Shown in pieces: positions 53,951 through 58,926 of a stretch of DNA of 58,926 nucleotides. Source of the stretch: Rotaria socialis (lineage: Eukaryota); the NCBI GenBank assembly GCA_905331295.1, contig CAJNYD010000480.1:1-58926 (forward strand), given 5' to 3'. Position 1 is the first letter of the stretch. Every line of letters begins with the position of its first letter. Under the pieces are notes generated by a model, which saw nothing but the letters and a program-made list of their open reading frames with translations, was not told the origin of the DNA and ran no database searches. The translations under genes were made by a program, and so were the position numbers.

Positions 53951-55410
53951 GTTGTACATGGAATGAGCAAATAATAATAGTGAGTTCCATTTCAATACGT
54001 AAGACATATTCTTTTCTTTTTCTATATAGATCTTTCCAAACACAAGCAAACTCATCTAATGAGCTTCATATCGAAAACTCAGAATATTTCGATTCTTTTC
54101 CCAGGTGAATGAATCCTATGACGGATCCTATCGGATGTGATGGGATCCTATCACTCAACAGAATCCGATGGGATTCAGGGTTACGGATCGACGGTCGGTT
54201 CCGACGGAAAAAAACATTTTCTTAATTACGGGTGAATATGCATATTTACTCATAAGAACACTAGGGTCATTCGTTCATGTCGGATTCCGTTAATTTCCAA
54301 CACTGGGTCCTATGGAATTCCTACACCATGGATCTGACTGTAGGTCCTGATCCCGGAATCCTATAGGATTTTGTTGGTTTTATTGGAATTCATGGATATT
54401 TGGTATATTCACGGGCTGACCCTTGTCGGAATCCGATAGGATCCTACTCTCGGAATGACTCTCCTGGGTTTTTCAATATTTAGATCATTTGACACAATAA
54501 CATATGATTCTCGTGAGTTTGCTTTTTATAATTCAATACCATTCATTTCTGTTCTTTTACATTTAGATTCTTCGTAATATTGAGAAACAATCATGGTGAG
54601 TTTAATTTTAAAACTAAAAAATTTATTTATTTCTATTCTTTATATTTAGAAGATTTCAAACATTACAAGATGATTATGGTGAGTTTCAATTCAATCAATT
54701 AACACAATTTGTCTCTCTATTTTATATTTAGATTGTTGCTACCATTGGAACATGATTCTGGTGAGTTCATTTCAATAACTGAAAGCAATTCATTTTTTTT
54801 CTTTATTTAGATCGTTACAAACAATCCAAGATGATTCTGGTGAGTTTCAATTGAATCATTTAACGCAATTTATCTCTCTCTTTTATATTTAGATTGCTGT
54901 TATCATTGGAAAATGATTCTGGTGAGTTTATTTCAATAATAAAAAAAACACTCCTGCATTTGTTTTACGACTTAGATCATTATGAACATATCGGAATGAT
55001 TACGATGAGTTTATTTCAATAACTGAAGGCATTTATTTATTTTTTTATATTTAGATCATTGCAAACATTCCAAGATAATTCTGGTGAGTTTATTTTAATC
55101 ACTCTAAGCAATACATTTCTTTTTTTATTTAGGTCGTCACAAACATTCCAAGATGATTCTGATGAGTTTTAATTCAACAATTTAACACAGTTTATCTCTC
55201 TATTTTATATTTAGATCGTTGCATACATTCGAAGATGGTTCTGGTGTGTAATTTTATTAATTCAAAAGAATTAATTCTCTTTTAAACACTTCTAGATTGT
55301 TACAATCAGTGGAACATGTTTTCAGTAAGTTTCAATTGAATCATTTAAAACGATTGATTTCTTTTTTTCTATATATAGATCGTGGAAAAACATTCGACGA
55401 TGATCATAAT
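53951..55410 (+). repeat. Tandem array of ~80-bp units, each an acceptor, a 29-nt micro-exon-like core, a donor and a ~50-nt intron-like spacer
   Basis: Cores start at 53951, 54030, 54484, 54567, 54650, 54732, 54811, 54893, 54976, 55055, 55133, 55215, 55296 and 55379, each preceded by a T-rich tract plus AG and mostly followed by RTGAGT. Confidence 0.8.
54100..54468. mobile_element. CCC-terminated MITE inserted into the micro-exon array
   Basis: CCCAGG...CCTGGG ends, TT flanks, GGATCC/ATCCGA repeats. Confidence 0.72.
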
Positions 55411-57033
55411 GAGATTCATTTCGATCGACAAAAACTGATCGCTCATGTCGAGCATTCTCAGTTCCATGTGAGTGAAAGCAGACCGATTACCGTTCTCTCG
55501 TGATCTACGATTAAGAACGTTGAGAGGAAATTCTCGTAAGCGTTTCTATACGTTTCCGAAGCCGGTTTCTTATCGGTATTATTAATGGTATGGTTAGGTT
55601 GCCGAAGCTTCAGTAACTTGAGCTCGGAAACCCAAATAGGGTTTCTGATGGTTATTGTTATTTGCAGTTTTGGGTTTCCGAGGCCTCGGAAGCCGTTGAT
55701 CGGAAACCCTATTAAGGTTTCCGAATTTGTTACTATCGGAAACCTATTCTGAGTTTCCTAGAATACCTTTTTTTTTAGAGAGTATATACGTGTGTTATGT
55801 ATGAAGTTGTTACACTCAGGATATGTGAAGAAGCTAATAAACATCATTGTCATGAGTGGCGGTATGCTACTCCACCTCTATCCAGTTTGTCATTACGATA
55901 TAAACCCAACAGAGTCCTATTAATCGTTACATTCGTCTTTTTGGTTGTATTGAAAATATTATGGATATATTTTATTTCAACCTGCCATATTATCTTTGAT
56001 ACGAAAGACAAAAACGAATAACTAATCTAAATACATTTGAATTTTCACAAGTTAATGGTTTCGTTACTTGGCTATATGTTAGATTTTACTCTCGATTCAC
56101 TATAATAAAAACCCGATTAGATTTGTATCTTTGCCACATAAATATTCTCTAACCAAACTTTACTAGTAATTTGCTGTACAATTTACAGCGTACATCAGAC
56201 TATTCGACGAATTCAACTGATTTATTTCATCTTTCAAATAATTTCATGTAACTCTAACATCAATAATAGAGAAAGTTAAAAACTGGTTTTATGTTGTCAG
56301 CTTTTTTTCTGAAAATTCGGTTTATTGTTATAAATCACAGAAATATACATAAATTTAATAGAAACTATGTAAAATATTTTGTTCATGAAAGCTATTACTA
56401 GGTTTCATTACATGAGAGATATTTTTAGGACTTTCGATCGATAGAACTCAAAACTTTATTCCCTTTGATTGAAATTCTAATGTCGCAGTAATGTGATTTC
56501 TCGATGATAACTATACATAAGTATTTAAACATAATATTCAAGCAACAGACCAGCGGATATTTTAATTTTTCAATTATATTGCACAGGTTTTTTTCGTATT
56601 TTTCACGCTACGGTTGTTTCAAAAAAAAAGTAATCACGACAAAGACATATGTACAAAAAACAAGGGTCAACATCTACCGGGGAATCGGAGTTTTTCTTCA
56701 AAGACTACACTCTTTAAGCATCAATTGTTCAGATTTGTAAAGCACTTGAAATTTCTCATTAGAAAAAATGTCTTCTACTGAATTTTTCAAAAGGCGCTAT
56801 TTTATAGGAGCTTTAATAAAACAAACGAAGTGCTGTCAGTAGTTAGGATTCTTCCAGAAACGACGAACATTTTAGAGCTCTTATTTTAGTATTCAGAATC
56901 AACATATTCAAATATGCAAGCTCGTTTGATTTTGACACGTAAAAATAATGATATCCGCCGAGCTACGCAGACAGAAAAATCTTTCATACCGTTTTTCGAA
57001 GCGAAAAATTCAAATAAAATACTATCCGTCTCA

Positions 57034-57330
57034 CCCATGTAAAAATAAATCGCGAAAAATCTGATTAAATTTGATTTTGTTCGAAAAATCGATTAAAACA
57101 GCTAATATTAGATTACTTTCCCGTAAATAATCAATTAAAACCGATTTTCATGTGCAATAATCAATTAAAATCAATTTTAATCAGAAAAATTTAGATAATC
57201 GGCCAGAAATTAAATCTATTTAAATCAGTTCCTAGAATAATCCATTAAAATCCATTCTAATCAGAAAAATCTAGATAATCGTCTAGAAATTAAATCTATT
57301 TCAATCAGTTCCTAGAATAATCCATTAAAA
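57034..57330. repeat. Left end of a CCCATGTAAA-type element with subterminal tandem repeats
   Basis: Same terminus as the 7326 element, followed by AATC(A/C)ATTAAAA repeats and a ~80-bp duplication; the other end is not identified in the window. Confidence 0.5.
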
Positions 57331-58926
57331 TCTGTTTAGTGTTATCTTCTCAATGTGTGTTTTAAGAAAATCTTTTTTTTTCTGAGTATTGTAAATGTAG
57401 TCTCCATCGTAGATTTGTTGTGGTTCCGAGTTATTTGATTGCGAACAATTTCTCTGTCGTTGCATCATTTTAAATGAATGCATCTACATGATATTTTTTA
57501 ATGCTTGTGTTCTGATTAGAAAAGAATTTTTTAAAAAATACTTGAATGTATTTGTAAAGCTGGTATTAAATAATCTACGAAGAATGAGAAAGGTTAGGAA
57601 AACGGAAATAATGGTTCATGTTGTCGGAAGATCGGAAGTAAACAGATTTTTCAATAAAATCAGCGACCTCAATGACATGAGACAGACTTTACTTTTTCTG
57701 TAGAATCGTCTCGATGTCTGATGTGTTCACTCTTGATGATTTTACTATTTAAGCTTGTAGTGCATATCATTAAAAATCAAAAATAATATCAGTTCGAGTT
57801 ACCATAAACATAGACTTACAGACTATATAAAATTTGCAACAAATACACTTATTAAACTTTTTATCGCATAGATGTCGCTGTGAAGTGCTTCTCTTGATTC
57901 ATTTTTCATTTTTGAACACCTTTTGTCATAGGCGGCGGAGTCATTAAGCGTGGGTAGGCGCAAGCCTACCCTAGAATAAAAGTGGGTAGGCTTCGGTAGG
58001 CTCAAACTACGGCAGACCAAAGGCGTGGGTAGGCTCAAATTATAATAGATAAAGTCTTGAATAGGCACTATTAAATGTAAATGTGTCCTATTATCGTTTA
58101 ATTTTTGTTTTTTTGACAAATGACACATTATTACAAGATCAGTCGATATTTTCTGTACCAATACCAATTTCTTATTTAATGAGATACTGATTGAACGTCA
58201 CTGGCATTATAGGCGGTGAACCTATGAGGCTCGTAAGGCTCAAGCTCAAGCCTGCCCAGAAATAGAGGACGGTAGGCTCAAACTAGAACAGATCAAGGCT
58301 TCGGTATGCGTGACTACATGTAAAAAGTTTCTAGTATTGTTCAGTTCTCGATTTCTTGTGATAGCTGACGTATTGTTATACGTTCAGTCCATATTTTCTC
58401 TATTAGCAACTCAAGGCTCAATGAGATATTGATTGAACTTTATTGGCATCTTTATCGACATCGAATTCTTGCTTCTTAATATAAGACAGTGAAATTATTT
58501 TCCGTACATTTCTATTCGAATTGACTTGTGCATTTTAGATATCTAAGTAGCATTATTCCTTCTATATATATACCAATATCAGCGAATTAAAGCCCGATTA
58601 TGTTTTATTTTGCAGTATAAAACAAAAGCCCAATCATGTATTAATGAAAATCCATCATCTATGGGAATTTTATTTATGACGCATTAGATCGTAATCATAT
58701 TCATACCGAATTAAAATCTAACAAGAAAATCTATAGCGTTCAGCCTTATAAAGAAATGAGGAGAATCATTTTCAAAGCCGATTCCACCCACGTAAAAGAA
58801 TTAAAATTGATATCAGATTAAAAATGATTAATAATTGATAATAATCATTCGATTTTAATCGAAACTATTCGAAAAAATAAAAAAATTCATCGAGTATAAC
58901 GATTAGTTCCGATTATAATCAATAAA

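Larger units (their letters stand above)
51615..55784. mobile_element. CACTA-like non-autonomous element upstream of the ABCB gene
   Basis: TIR TACTCTCTAAAAAAAA...TTTTTTTTAGAGAGTA, TA flanks, and CGGAAACC/GGTTTCCG subterminal repeats at both ends. Confidence 0.78.

Noticed and set aside
53951..55410. Possible CRISPR array
   Set aside because: The cores are homologous to each other, the repeats are degenerate and intron-like, there are no cas genes, and the context is eukaryotic.
1..58926. PPTase, thioesterase, tailoring enzymes, transposases, tRNA or rRNA genes
   Set aside because: None recognised in the window; the remaining short ORFs are antisense, alternate-frame or AT-rich noise.

Overview
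AT-rich eukaryotic DNA with spliceosomal introns, many only 52-64 bp. The style suggests a bdelloid rotifer, but that is inference. Two genes dominate. (1) On the + strand is a 14-exon, ~4,850-aa non-ribosomal peptide synthetase (9619-39384), assembled here by hand from GT-AG sites with the frame preserved at every junction. Its architecture is A*(degenerate, no carrier)-C-A-T-C-A-T-Cy-A(Cys)[Ox inserted]-T, followed by a membrane-embedded Pls/PosA-like (epsilon-poly-L-lysine-synthetase-type) terminal domain instead of a thioesterase. (2) On the - strand is a ~29-exon full-length ABCB/P-glycoprotein transporter (50785-40855), convergent with the NRPS; the stop codons are ~1.5 kb apart. Modules 1-3 share intron positions, whereas the thiazole module plus most of the terminal domain is one 6.3-kb exon joined by a phase-1 intron, suggesting a chimeric NRPS assembled in the host. 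Large introns and flanks hold many non-autonomous DNA transposons (hAT, CACTA/EnSpm-like, Helentron-like). One of them carries an array of ~14 equal-length micro-exon-like units.
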